Positions 28,665-38,984 of a stretch of 64,000 nt of DNA are shown here, piece after piece. The DNA is taken from positions 355 to 64,354 of the forward strand of contig JAQCEV010000004.1 in NCBI GenBank assembly GCA_027618515.1, in the 5' to 3' direction. Both the position numbers and the translations under genes were made by a program. This DNA is from Chloroflexota bacterium (GTDB lineage Bacteria; Chloroflexota; Dehalococcoidia; Lucifugimonadales; Australimonadaceae). Numbering within the stretch: the first letter of the stretch is position 1; each line of letters starts with the position of its first letter. The notes under the pieces are model-generated. The model searched no databases and was not told the origin of the DNA. It was given only the letters and a program-made list of their open reading frames with translations.

Positions 28665-30764
28665 ATGACGGTCGCCAACAAACGCATCGACAACAGCATC
28701 CCGTTCAAGGTCGTAGCCGACTTCGAGCCGGGGGGCGACCAACCGCAGGCGGTTAAGCGCCTAGCGGAGGGGATCAAGTCGGGCATCAAGCACCAGACGC
28801 TGCTGGGCGTCACCGGCTCCGGCAAGACGTACACGATGGCTAAGGTCGTTGAGCAGGTGCAGCGGCCAACGCTGGTGATCGCGCCCAACAAGACGTTGGC
28901 AGCGCAGCTCGCGCAGGAGTTCAGGGACTTCTTCCCGGACAACCAGGTGGGCTACTTCGTGTCCTATTACGACTACTACCAGCCAGAGGCCTACGTCGCG
29001 AGTACGGACACGTACATCGAGAAGGAAGCCGACATCAACGATGAGATCGACAAGTTGCGGCATTCCGCGACACGATCGCTGATGACGCGACGCGACGTGC
29101 TGATCGTGGCGTCGGTCTCGTGCATCTACGGTTTGGGCTCGCCGGACGAGTATTTCTCGTTCGTGGAGACGATCACTAAGGGCGAGAGGAAGAATCGGCA
29201 GAAGCTGTCACGCCGTCTCATCGAGATGCAGTACCAGCGCAACGACTACGACCTGGCGCGCGGCCGTTTCCGCGTCCGGGGCGACACGTTGGAGATACTC
29301 CCCGCCTACGACGACATAGCCATTCGCATCGAGTTCTTCGGCGATGACATCGACCGTATCGTTGAGCTCGACCCGCTCACGGGTGAGTTGATCGCGGAGC
29401 ACGACACCATCGAGATCTACCCCGCGAAGCACTTCGTGACTTCAAAAGACAAGCTCGAGGGCGGCGTGATCCAGATCGAGCAGGAGATGGAGTATCGAGT
29501 CGCTGAACTCAAGGCAGAGGGCAAGGTGCTTGAGGCCCAGCGCATCGAGCACCGCACGCGCTACGACCTGGAGATGTTGCGCGAGACCGGCTATTGCTCG
29601 GGCATCGAGAACTACTCGCAGCCGTTGGGTGGGCGCCCACGCGAGAGCACCCCGTGGACGCTGATGCACTACCTGCCGGACGATTTCCTGCTCATCTTGG
29701 ATGAGTCGCATATGGCGATCCCGCAGCTTCACGGCATGTTCCACGGGGAGATGGCCCGGAAAGACTCGCTGATCAACTTCGGATTCCGGCTGCCGTCGTC
29801 GCGAGACAACCGACCACTGAACTTCGAGGAGTTCGAAGGCATCGTTGACCAGGCGGTCTACGTTTCCGCCACGCCCGGCCCGTACGAGTACAAGCACAGC
29901 GGCCAGGTGGTCGAGCAGGTCATCCGGCCCACGGGGCTGCTGGACCCAACGATCGAGATCAAGCCAACGACCGGCCAGATCGACGACCTGCTGGAGCAGA
30001 TACGCAAGCGCGTCGCCAAGAACGAGCGCGCGCTGGTCACTACGCTCACCAAGCGCATGTCGGAAGAATTGACCGACTACATGCGCGAGATGAACGTGAA
30101 GGTGCACTACCTTCACTCAGAGGTCGATACGCTCCAACGCACGGAGATCCTGCGCGACCTGCGCCTAGGCGTCTACGACGTTGTTGTGGGCATCAACCTA
30201 CTACGTGAGGGGCTGGACCTGCCGGAGGTCAGCCTGGTCGCGATCATCGATGCGGACAAAGAGGGCTACCTGCGCTCCGTATCGTCGTTGGTGCAGACGA
30301 TGGGACGTGCGGCGCGTCACGTGGACGGCCACGTGATCATGTACGCGGACAAGATCACGGCCTCAATGAAACAGGCGATCGACGAGACAACGCGTCGGCG
30401 TGAGATACAGGCTGCGTATAACAAGCAGCACGGGATCGAGCCCAAGGGCATCATCAAAGCTGTCCGCGATATCACGGACTCCATCCGCCATGCTGCGGAG
30501 CCGCGGGCCGCCTACACAGTTCGTAAGGACATGCCCAAGGACGAACTCGCCCGCGTGGTGAAGGGCTTGGAGTTGGAGATGAAGACGGCGGCCAAAGAAC
30601 TGGAGTTCGAGAAGGCTGCCCTGCTACGCGACGAGATGACCGACCTCAAGAAGCTGCTCATCGCTCAAGAGGTCGTCGATCGGGGGAACGCGGGCTCCAT
30701 CGAGACCGAGTTCCGCGATCCGTCTGTCCGTTCGACCGGGCGCCGCTCACGCCGCAAGCGCTAG
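28665..30764 (+). CDS. uvrB: Excinuclease ABC subunit B
   Basis: [22 protein letters not shown] and a C-terminal UVR domain; start placed 6 nt after TACAAT. Confidence 0.97.
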   Translation: MTVANKRIDNSIPFKVVADFEPGGDQPQAVKRLAEGIKSGIKHQTLLGVTGSGKTYTMAKVVEQVQRPTLVIAPNKTLAAQLAQEFRDFFPDNQVGYFVSYYDYYQPEAYVASTDTYIEKEADINDEIDKLRHSATRSLMTRRDVLIVASVSCIYGLGSPDEYFSFVETITKGERKNRQKLSRRLIEMQYQRNDYDLARGRFRVRGDTLEILPAYDDIAIRIEFFGDDIDRIVELDPLTGELIAEHDTIEIYPAKHFVTSKDKLEGGVIQIEQEMEYRVAELKAEGKVLEAQRIEHRTRYDLEMLRETGYCSGIENYSQPLGGRPRESTPWTLMHYLPDDFLLILDESHMAIPQLHGMFHGEMARKDSLINFGFRLPSSRDNRPLNFEEFEGIVDQAVYVSATPGPYEYKHSGQVVEQVIRPTGLLDPTIEIKPTTGQIDDLLEQIRKRVAKNERALVTTLTKRMSEELTDYMREMNVKVHYLHSEVDTLQRTEILRDLRLGVYDVVVGINLLREGLDLPEVSLVAIIDADKEGYLRSVSSLVQTMGRAARHVDGHVIMYADKITASMKQAIDETTRRREIQAAYNKQHGIEPKGIIKAVRDITDSIRHAAEPRAAYTVRKDMPKDELARVVKGLELEMKTAAKELEFEKAALLRDEMTDLKKLLIAQEVVDRGNAGSIETEFRDPSVRSTGRRSRRKR

Positions 30765-30790
30765 CGGCCAACGCACGGCCCGACGGCCAC

Positions 30791-31510
30791 CTAAACGGTG
30801 GCCGTGACCTCGATCTCCACGCGTGCGTCGGGGCCCGCGAAGGCGTCCACGGATGCGTACTCAACCTCGGCGTTGGGTGCGGTGACGACAGCCGCGAACA
30901 GCTTGGCCATTTCGTCCTGCGACTCGTCGCGCTGCAGGTAGAACGACACCTTGGTCGCCTGTTCCCAGGAACTGCCAGCGGCCACCAGCGACTCACCGAT
31001 GCGACCGAGGATGTCGCTCGCCTGCTCAGCAAGCGTGGCTTTATCGGAGGTCACGCCGGACAGGTACACGAGCGGGCCGTAGATCGCGTAGCGCAGCGGC
31101 ACCTGAGCGGGGTCGTACTCGGTGAGCGCCTTCGTGAGTCCAGAAGCGGGCTTCATCGCGATGAGGTCCACCGCGATATTCGCGTTGGTCTCGAAATGGC
31201 TGGCGTCCACGTACGACGAGCTTGCCGCTCGAGCGTCGTTGGCGAGCATCTCGACGCGTGCGCGGCTGCCACGAGTGCGCGCGTCGGCGTCGCGGGCCCA
31301 TAGGCGCGTGCGTACCGTACCGATCAGCGACACTTCTTCTTTCCTCAGCTCCAGATCCATCCGCTCGAAGATGTCGCGCGTCTGATCGTGCGCGGACCCT
31401 CCTGAGCGAGCTTCATCTGATAGTGCAACGAACTCCTGACCATGCCACTCAAATACAGACTTCTGCACCGGGATCTCCTTGGGGCCCTTCTTCTCAGGCC
31501 CATCCGCCAA
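30791..31510 (-). CDS. Rid (YjgF/YER057c/UK114)-like two-domain protein
   Basis: VYLSG...L.EQ...AGSSW...VEIEVTA Rid-like C-terminal domain. Confidence 0.7.
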   Translation of the reverse strand: MADGPEKKGPKEIPVQKSVFEWHGQEFVALSDEARSGGSAHDQTRDIFERMDLELRKEEVSLIGTVRTRLWARDADARTRGSRARVEMLANDARAASSSYVDASHFETNANIAVDLIAMKPASGLTKALTEYDPAQVPLRYAIYGPLVYLSGVTSDKATLAEQASDILGRIGESLVAAGSSWEQATKVSFYLQRDESQDEMAKLFAAVVTAPNAEVEYASVDAFAGPDARVEIEVTATV

Positions 31511-31638
31511 ACTTGTTGGCTAGACCATCCCACAACTCGGCAGGAATTACCACAATCGCCAAGATCGTCAGGCCAGATTGCCCGTAACATCGGCTTTGGG
31601 TGCCATTCCCGTCTCTTCCCCTCTATCCTGTGGGCGCC

Positions 31639-32562
31639 ATGTCACGTCGACTGTTGATCATCGTCGGCACCATCGCGGTGCTTCTCGTTGCCTGCGCGCC
31701 GCCCGAGGCTCCCCCAGGAGCTTTGCCTCTGGGTATGCGGGAGGCTCCCGTTCCCCCAGTGGACGCGAAGGCCTACGTCTACATCCGGCCTCCAGGTAAC
31801 GTGACGTTTTCCAGCGCAGCGTTGGGCGTCGAGGATCTCACGTTGGAATCGGCTGACGTGCTCCTCGCCGACGACTCCAGTGGCGTTGCTGCTCGCTTCA
31901 GCACTAGCGGCCGGGGTGTAAGCGGTCCCCTGGGCGAGCTCGCTGACGGCTGGATAGATGCCGATGCCGACAGTTTTCGCTTTGGGCCTGCTTCTCCGTG
32001 GGGCGTTCGTGTGCGTATCGCCTGGAGACAGCAGCCGTCGGATTCCTTCGCGAAGCATTTTCCCGATGTGTGGGACGACCTTCTGCAGATGCCTGGAGCC
32101 CCGCCCACTCCACCCATTGGAGCCGGTTTCGTCAGGAACTTCGGGCCGCTATTGGAGCATCTGATCGGCGAAGCTGGCGTCACCGTTCCCAACCTCGCGG
32201 ACGGGCTATCGTTGGTTCGCATCAATCGCATCTCCTTCGTCGCCTACGCAGATGACTTTCAGCACATGCCGGCGAGCGTAGGGCCCAGCGTATTGCGTGA
32301 TCTCGATGTCAGCATCCTGGCGATCGCCGACAGCAGCTACCCCAGTGCCGTAGTGGGCCAGGTGTTCGACGGCTTCGTGTCTGCCCTTGGCCTCAAACCG
32401 ATATCTCTAGGCGACCACACCGCACACCATCGAGCGCTGAGCGATGACATCTCCGTTGTTGTCGTCCGCGACGGCGCGACGCTTTTCTTTGCCATCGCTG
32501 CCACGAACAAGCAAGCAATGGCTCTTATCGAGACCGTCGTGACGCAGCGAAACGAGAGGTAG
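31639..32562 (+). CDS. Putative lipoprotein of unknown function
   Basis: MSRR, a hydrophobic stretch and lipobox LVAC. Confidence 0.65.
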   Translation: MSRRLLIIVGTIAVLLVACAPPEAPPGALPLGMREAPVPPVDAKAYVYIRPPGNVTFSSAALGVEDLTLESADVLLADDSSGVAARFSTSGRGVSGPLGELADGWIDADADSFRFGPASPWGVRVRIAWRQQPSDSFAKHFPDVWDDLLQMPGAPPTPPIGAGFVRNFGPLLEHLIGEAGVTVPNLADGLSLVRINRISFVAYADDFQHMPASVGPSVLRDLDVSILAIADSSYPSAVVGQVFDGFVSALGLKPISLGDHTAHHRALSDDISVVVVRDGATLFFAIAATNKQAMALIETVVTQRNER

Positions 32563-32589
32563 ATCGGGTTGCTGGAGTACCCCCGATAA

Positions 32590-32622
32590 TTGTTGACACG
32601 ATTGGTCTACTTTCTCTAACAT
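32590..32622 (+). promoter_or_regulatory. Sigma70 promoter with an overlapping IscR/Rrf2-like operator
   Basis: TTGACA(32593)-18 nt-TAACAT; GTTGAC-N7-GTCTAC dyad overlaps the -35. Confidence 0.5.
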
Positions 32623-32685
32623 TCATGGGTAACGCGCTCAGCTAAATGGCTGAATCGCAAAACAAAAGAAGGGCAGAGAACGAAC

Positions 32686-33000
32686 ATGTCAGCAGACGTA
32701 ACGGTCGAAGAAGTCCGGACAGCGTTGAAGGATGTCTACGACCCGGAGATCCCGGTGAATGTGATCGACCTTGGGTTGATCTACAACATCGAGGTTGACG
32801 ACGAGAGCCGAGTGCACGTCGAGATGACGCTCACGGCTGCCGGCTGCAGCATGGGGCCGTTCATCGCTCAGCAGGCTGAGTGGGCCATCAACGAGGTCGA
32901 GGGCGTCAAGGACGTCGAGGTGAATATCACCTTTGACCCGCCGTGGAGCCCAGACAGCATCACCGAGGACGGCCGCAAGCTCCTCGGGCTTGACGACTAA
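32686..33000 (+). CDS. DUF59/SufT/PaaD-like Fe-S cluster assembly factor
   Basis: VYDPEIPVNVIDLGLIY, MTLTAAGC and FDPPWS motifs. Confidence 0.92.
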   Translation: MSADVTVEEVRTALKDVYDPEIPVNVIDLGLIYNIEVDDESRVHVEMTLTAAGCSMGPFIAQQAEWAINEVEGVKDVEVNITFDPPWSPDSITEDGRKLLGLDD

Positions 33001-33096
33001 AGTAGCCCCCGACACCGACAGGTAATCGAAGCGACGGAGCGTGGCCTGCCCCCTTTGTGATTTGGGGGGAACTGGCTGCGGTGGAGTTCACGTGCA

Positions 33097-33975
33097 ATGA
33101 ATATGAGTGAAGAGCAGCGCCAGCAACGTCTGACGCAGATCAAGCAGCAGTGGGAAACCAAACGCACGCTGAATCGCCAGCTCCGCCGGATCAAAACCAA
33201 GATCGGCGTCTACAGCGCTAAGGGTGGGGTCGGCAAGACCACGGTCGCGGTGAATCTCGCCGTGTATCTGGCCGCCCAAGGATTCAGCGTCGGCCTGCTT
33301 GATGCCGACATTGACACGCCCAACGCTGCAAAGGTCATCGGTGGGGGCGACGTTCCCAACATGGCCGACGGACGCATCCAACCAGCGGAAAACTGGGGCG
33401 TCAAAGTCGTCTCCATGTCCCAATTCCAGGAGAACGAAGAAGAAGCGGTCATCTGGCGTGGCCCGATGATTCACAACGCCCTCAACCAGTTCTTGCAGTT
33501 GACCGACTGGGGTGACCTCGACTTCATGGTCGTAGACATGCCTCCGGGCACGTCCGACGCACCGCTGACCGTGATGCAGACCCTTGAGATGGACGGATTC
33601 GTCTCTATCACCACGCCCCAGGCCCTGGCCCTCCTAGACGCTAAGCGCTCTATCAACATGATCAAGAAGCTGAACGTCGAGGTTCTCGGAGTCGTCGAGA
33701 ACTACACCGGGGACGTATTCGGTAGTGGCGGCGGCAAACAGCTCGCGAAAGAGATGGGTCTCACGTACTTCGGTGACATCGCGCTCCGCCCAGCGTACCG
33801 AGATGATTCACAGCCCACGGTGCTGGGTAACAAGGACGTGCGGGCCGAGTACGACAATATCTGGAAGGGGATCAAGGCCCGGCTTACCGAGCTTGAGGCC
33901 ATGCCTGACCAGGTAGCAGCCGCCCAGGCCGCAGCGGCCGAAGCTGAGGGCGAAGCAGAAGGCGCAGAGAAGTAA
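33097..33975 (+). CDS. Mrp/ApbC/NBP35-family P-loop ATPase lacking the CxxC motif
   Basis: SAKGGVGKTT, IWRGP, DMPPGTSD, TTPQ and VVEN motifs; no Cys in the sequence. Confidence 0.9.
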   Translation: MNMSEEQRQQRLTQIKQQWETKRTLNRQLRRIKTKIGVYSAKGGVGKTTVAVNLAVYLAAQGFSVGLLDADIDTPNAAKVIGGGDVPNMADGRIQPAENWGVKVVSMSQFQENEEEAVIWRGPMIHNALNQFLQLTDWGDLDFMVVDMPPGTSDAPLTVMQTLEMDGFVSITTPQALALLDAKRSINMIKKLNVEVLGVVENYTGDVFGSGGGKQLAKEMGLTYFGDIALRPAYRDDSQPTVLGNKDVRAEYDNIWKGIKARLTELEAMPDQVAAAQAAAAEAEGEAEGAEK

Positions 33976-34226
33976 GTCCCTTCCGTGTTCAACGCGTCGC
34001 AGGGCACCTGACGACGATTTCCCGCCTGAGCACCGCCTAGCCCGGCGTCCGCGCACCTCTGCGCCAGTCCACGACCACCGTGGCTACCGGAAGCATCTAT
34101 CCACGTACGCACTCCGGGGGCAATCGAAGCCCACAGCCGTAATCGTTTGTTAATGCCTGTAATTAGCGCGTAAGGACTACCGCGCACACTCCGTCTGTCG
34201 GCAAAAACCAACAGGGGGTAGATGTA

Positions 34227-34667
34227 ATGAGAAGCAAGATGATGGCAGTACTGAGCGTGACCTCAGCGGTCGCGGCAAGCGGAGCGGGTGGAGTTGTCGG
34301 TCCGGCGTTCTACGTGGACGGTGACCTGTACAAGACCGTCCTAACTCCGACCGATATCTCTGGCACCAAAGCGCCCGCGCACACATTCGACGCGATCTAC
34401 GTGATCGTCGCCAGCGACGAGGCCGGAGTCCCGATCAGTGCGTTCCCAGTGGCAGAGGCGGCCCCTGGCGACCGCGACTACAACGGTGGCCGCTGGCAGG
34501 CACACCCGGTCAGCATCGCTGACTACGCAGCAGCGATCGCTGCATTCGACGCCAACGGCAGTGGCGACTTCGATAGCGCCGAAGAGGTTGAGGCCGCCAT
34601 CGCGGGTGGTGCGGGAGTTGACCTGGGCGTGGCAGCTTCGTTCGTATGCCCGGTGATCAAGCTCTAG
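34227..34667 (+). CDS. Hypothetical, probably secreted, protein
   Basis: N-terminal hydrophobic segment, YNGGRW, EF-hand-like DANGSGDFD, C-terminal FVCPVI; followed by a hairpin. Confidence 0.7.
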   Translation: MRSKMMAVLSVTSAVAASGAGGVVGPAFYVDGDLYKTVLTPTDISGTKAPAHTFDAIYVIVASDEAGVPISAFPVAEAAPGDRDYNGGRWQAHPVSIADYAAAIAAFDANGSGDFDSAEEVEAAIAGGAGVDLGVAASFVCPVIKL

Positions 34668-34690
34668 CAGACCGAGAATAGTGCAGGCAG

Positions 34691-34724
34691 AGTGAGGGAT
34701 CGGCGGAACGCCGATCCCTCACTT
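34691..34724. terminator. Hairpin between convergent genes
   Basis: AGTGAGGGATCGGCG-GAA-CGCCGATCCCTCACT. Confidence 0.7.
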
Positions 34725-34753
34725 GGGTTCTATCGTGATGCGAGCGTTATCGG

Positions 34754-37207
34754 CTAGACGTCGTCGGGCAGGTAGAGCACTTCACGCGGCTTGCCAGGCG
34801 CGGAACTGGCGCCGACGATGCCCTCGGCCTCAAGCTGATCCATGAGCTTGGCTGCGCGCGGGTAGCCGATGCCCAGCTTGCGCTGCAACAACGACGTGGA
34901 CAGTTGCCGATTCACCGAAGCGACTTGCAGAGCCTGGTCGTAGAGGGAATTCCCCGTGTTCAGCATGGCGTCCTTCTCGGCCGCCACCATCTCAGCCTCG
35001 CGCGCCATATCGTCCAGCGGAATCTCGGCCAGCGGCAGCGGCGGGTGCGCGCGCCAGTGATTGGCGAGTATGTCCGTCTCCACCTCTGTGATCAGCACAC
35101 CCTGCACCCGGCGTGGCTTGGCCGCATCCGACGACAAGTAGAGCATGTCGCCCCTGCCCAGGAGTCGCTCAGCGCCCGCCATGTCCAGGATCGTGCGTGA
35201 GTCCACCTGCGACGCCACGGCGAAGGCGATACGGCTGGGGAAGTTCGCTTTGATGAGCCCGGTCACGACATCTACCGACGGTCGCTGCGTGGCGACCACT
35301 AGGTGGATGCCTGTGGCGCGGCCAAGCTGGGCCAAACGACAGATGCCCTGCTCAACCTCGAACGACGCCGTCATCATCAGGTCCGCCAACTCGTCGATGC
35401 AGATGACGAAGAGCGGCATGTCCTCCGTCGCCTTCGGACTGCTGTTGTAGGACTTGATGTTCCTAACGCCTGCTTGCTCCAGCAGCCTGTAGCGGCGGCC
35501 CATCTCCTGGATCGCACCTCGCAACAGGCGCACAACGTGATCTGGCTCCGTCACGACGGGCGTTACCAGGTGGGGCACGCCGTTGTACGGGGTGAGTTCC
35601 ACGCGCTTGGGGTCAACGAGCATCAGACGTACGCGAGACGGCGGTTGGTGCGCGATGATCGAGGATATGACGCTGTTCATGCACACGCTCTTGCCGGAGC
35701 CAGTGGCGCCAGCGATGAGCAGGTGAGGCATCTTCAGCAAGTCGATCGCGACGGGCTCCCCGGCAGAGGCCAGCCCCAGAGCCACGGGAAGTCCACCGTC
35801 GTTCAGGATGGTCTGGTAGGACTCGGAGTCCATGATCTGGCGGATCGTCACTGTGGTTGAGCTCTTGTTGGGCACTTCGACGCCAACGACTGACTCGCCG
35901 GGGACGGGAGCCTCCAAGCGCAAGCTTGGCGCGGCGAGGGCCAACGCCAGATCCTTCTCTCGCGCAAGGATACTGTCCACTTTCACGCGGCTCTTCGCCT
36001 CCGTGAACATGTCCTGAGCGCCAGATGCGTCGGTCTCTCCAGCGGTGGCCCGCGAGCGTCCACGCGCCTTGCGATTCCACCCAGGGACGAGGCCGAACAT
36101 GGTGACCGACGGCCCTGGCTTGATCTCAGCGACTCTGACCTCGACACCGTGCTCGGCAAGGGTCTCTTCGATGACACCTGCGGTCGCGTGGTGCACCTCG
36201 GTGATCGCGCCTGCGGAAACTCCTGCGGCTAACTCGCCGGTGTTCGGCAAACGCCAAGCAGGGGGCATCGGCGTGGCCCGCTCTGGCTCCGACCCCGGTT
36301 CCGGCGCAAGCTCCGCGTCGCGCGCTTTTCGGGGGGAACGGCGCTTCTCCTCAATTGGGGGCGTCAGCACCTCTGAGGGCGTCACAACGGTCGGCGGCTC
36401 TTCCAATCGGGTCGCCGTCGAATTCGACGGCGAGTCAGGATCTCGTAGAAAAGGGGGGATGTCCTCGGACTTGGGCGGGAGCCTCCGGCCAGGGGGGGAA
36501 TCCGGGCTGGGCTCAGATGCAAGGAAGTGGCCAAGTTCACGGCTGAGCGTGCCATCCTGGCGTGATGCACGCTTGTCACGCGCGGTGCGTACGGCAGCGC
36601 CGCTGCCACGAGCAACCGCAGAACCGCCACCCTTGGCCGCTTTGGCGCCGCTCCTTGCCGTTGCGCCTGCGAGCTTTCCGAGGATGCGGTGGACGGGGAC
36701 GTAGCGGTAGGCGCGAATGGTGCCTACCGCAGTCTTGCCAGCACCCTGGCCAGACCGACGCAGCACACGCTGGGTTAACGTTGGTAGAAGGAACCAGATG
36801 GCGAACGCAGTCACCAACCCGACGCGGAGGTAGGCCAGCCATTCGTTGGGCCCGCGCACCTCGTCGCCGAGCGTGCCACCGAGGTTCGCCACTCCCACCA
36901 GCGGGAGGTCATACTCGAAGTAGGCGAGCCCACCCTGGATGCCGGTGACGAGAAGAAGTGCCCCGGTGACCAACCGCCATCTCTTGATAAGGAGAATGGG
37001 TTTCTTCAGCAGCAGCGCTAGCAGCGCCAGCGCGTAGACACCCATAGTGACGACGCCTACCCCGGCGCTCAGCAAGACCCGTTCCGCCAGGTCGCGAATA
37101 GGGTCAACCAGCCACGCGGGCTGAGCGGTAGCGGCGTAGACGCCGAACGCGGCAACTCCCAGTAGCAGGAGAACCTTGATAGGTATGAGCCGAAACAGGA
37201 AAAACAT
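34754..37207 (-). CDS. ftsK: DNA translocase FtsK/SpoIIIE
   Basis: N-terminal TM helices, GATGSGKS, IDELAD, ATQRP and gamma domain STSLLQRKLGIGYPRAA. Confidence 0.95.
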   Translation of the reverse strand: MFFLFRLIPIKVLLLLGVAAFGVYAATAQPAWLVDPIRDLAERVLLSAGVGVVTMGVYALALLALLLKKPILLIKRWRLVTGALLLVTGIQGGLAYFEYDLPLVGVANLGGTLGDEVRGPNEWLAYLRVGLVTAFAIWFLLPTLTQRVLRRSGQGAGKTAVGTIRAYRYVPVHRILGKLAGATARSGAKAAKGGGSAVARGSGAAVRTARDKRASRQDGTLSRELGHFLASEPSPDSPPGRRLPPKSEDIPPFLRDPDSPSNSTATRLEEPPTVVTPSEVLTPPIEEKRRSPRKARDAELAPEPGSEPERATPMPPAWRLPNTGELAAGVSAGAITEVHHATAGVIEETLAEHGVEVRVAEIKPGPSVTMFGLVPGWNRKARGRSRATAGETDASGAQDMFTEAKSRVKVDSILAREKDLALALAAPSLRLEAPVPGESVVGVEVPNKSSTTVTIRQIMDSESYQTILNDGGLPVALGLASAGEPVAIDLLKMPHLLIAGATGSGKSVCMNSVISSIIAHQPPSRVRLMLVDPKRVELTPYNGVPHLVTPVVTEPDHVVRLLRGAIQEMGRRYRLLEQAGVRNIKSYNSSPKATEDMPLFVICIDELADLMMTASFEVEQGICRLAQLGRATGIHLVVATQRPSVDVVTGLIKANFPSRIAFAVASQVDSRTILDMAGAERLLGRGDMLYLSSDAAKPRRVQGVLITEVETDILANHWRAHPPLPLAEIPLDDMAREAEMVAAEKDAMLNTGNSLYDQALQVASVNRQLSTSLLQRKLGIGYPRAAKLMDQLEAEGIVGASSAPGKPREVLYLPDDV

Positions 37208-37269
37208 CGGTTTCACGATACCGCAATCGGCCGCGAAATGGAGCAGGGTTCGCCTGATGCTTTCGGGCG

Positions 37270-38925
37270 CTACATGTCCAGCAGGAGTGTCACGATCATG
37301 GGACGGCGCCCGGTCTGCTTGAAGAGGAAGCTCCCCAGCACATCGCGCACTCGCCCGTTGATGTAGTCCTCTTGTAGCGGCAACTTGGTCGCCGCCCTCA
37401 GAGCGTCCCCTACCAACGCGATGGCGTCGTCCACCAGTACCTCAGACTCCACCATGTCTATGAAACCGCTGGACGCGATCTCGGGCTCGCCAACGAGTCC
37501 ACCCGTGTCCTCGTCCAGCGTCAGCGCAACGACAACGAATCCGTCGCGAGCGAGGTGACGTCGATCGCGCAGCACTGCGCTTCCCACGTTCCACAGGCGC
37601 AGTCCGTCCACGAACACGTGACCGGCAGGCAGGTGGTCAACGACTTCAGCGCTGTCGCCGTAGATCTCGAGAACGTCGCCGTCTTCGAGCACGTTGATGT
37701 TTTCGGGTTCGACCCCCATGGTCTCGGCGAGGTCAGCGTGGGCGTTGAGCATCCGGTACTCGCCGTGGATCGGCACGAAGTACTTGGGTTTGATCAGGTT
37801 GAGCATCAACTTGAGCTCCTCCTGACTCGCGTGGCCCTGGACGTGCACGTTGGCCTGACGCCGCGTGATGACCTTGGCACCCTGGCGCGTGAGGTTATTT
37901 ATCACGTCTGAAACTTTAGTTTCGTTACCAGGTATCGTGCTTGCTGAGAGGATGACGGTGTCGCCGTCATCGACCTGGATGTCTCGACTGTGGCGTCGTG
38001 CAACGCGTGCCAGCATGGCAAGGGGCTCGCCCTGAGCACCCGTGAGAACGATGACCTGTTGCTCCGGTGGTAGCTTTGCGAGTTCGTCGATGCTGAGGAT
38101 CTTGCCCGCGGGGATCTTGAGGTAGCCCTTGGCGATGGCCATGTTTGTGTTGTTGATCATGCTGCGACCGGCGAACGCGATGCTGCGGCCGTGCGCAACG
38201 GCGGCGTCCGCTATCTGCTGGACACGCGAAATCAATGAGGCGAACGTGGCCACCATGACACGCCCTTCGGCGCGGCCTATGGTGATATCGAGCGCGTCAG
38301 ACACGATCTGCTCAGAGGGCGTGAAGCCGGGGTTCTCAGCGTAGGTGGAGTCGGACAGAAGCAGCAGTACGCCAGCCTTGCCAAGCTCGGCCAGTCGATG
38401 GAGCTCCGTGGGGTGTCCATCGATCGGCGTGTGGTCGATCTTGAAATCGCCGGAGTGGACGATGACGCCAGCGTCGGTGTGGATCGCGATGCCGCACGCG
38501 TCTGGAATCGAGTGGCACACGCGGAAGAACTCCGCTGTGATGCCACCAAACACGACGGTCTCGCCGGGTTGCACTTCGCGCAGGTCATACTTGCCTACGC
38601 CGGTGTTTTCCCTGAGCTTCACGTCGACCAAGTCGCGCGCCAACGGTGGCGCGTAGACCGGCACGTTGATGTCGCGCAGGAGGAAGGGCAGGGCGCCCAC
38701 GTGGTCTTCGTGCCCGTGGGTGATGAGCACCGCGCGTACCCTGTCTTTGTTCTCGATCAGGTAGGTCATGTCTGGGAGCACGAGATCGACTCCGTGCATG
38801 TCCTCTTTCGGGAACATCAAACCAGCGTCGATCACGACGATGTCGTCGCCGTACTCGACGACCATCATGTTCTTTCCAACTTCACCGAGTCCCCCAAGGG
38901 GGATGATACGAATAGGGTCTGCCAT
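37270..38925 (-). CDS. rnj: Ribonuclease J
   Basis: GGLGEVGKN, THGHEDH, SDST and HVQGHAS motifs. Confidence 0.95.
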   Translation of the reverse strand: MADPIRIIPLGGLGEVGKNMMVVEYGDDIVVIDAGLMFPKEDMHGVDLVLPDMTYLIENKDRVRAVLITHGHEDHVGALPFLLRDINVPVYAPPLARDLVDVKLRENTGVGKYDLREVQPGETVVFGGITAEFFRVCHSIPDACGIAIHTDAGVIVHSGDFKIDHTPIDGHPTELHRLAELGKAGVLLLLSDSTYAENPGFTPSEQIVSDALDITIGRAEGRVMVATFASLISRVQQIADAAVAHGRSIAFAGRSMINNTNMAIAKGYLKIPAGKILSIDELAKLPPEQQVIVLTGAQGEPLAMLARVARRHSRDIQVDDGDTVILSASTIPGNETKVSDVINNLTRQGAKVITRRQANVHVQGHASQEELKLMLNLIKPKYFVPIHGEYRMLNAHADLAETMGVEPENINVLEDGDVLEIYGDSAEVVDHLPAGHVFVDGLRLWNVGSAVLRDRRHLARDGFVVVALTLDEDTGGLVGEPEIASSGFIDMVESEVLVDDAIALVGDALRAATKLPLQEDYINGRVRDVLGSFLFKQTGRRPMIVTLLLDM

Positions 38926-38984
38926 AACTCCAAATTTCCGGTGCCCGCAGGCACCTAACCAACCGCGTCGCTGTTAGGGCGGCG

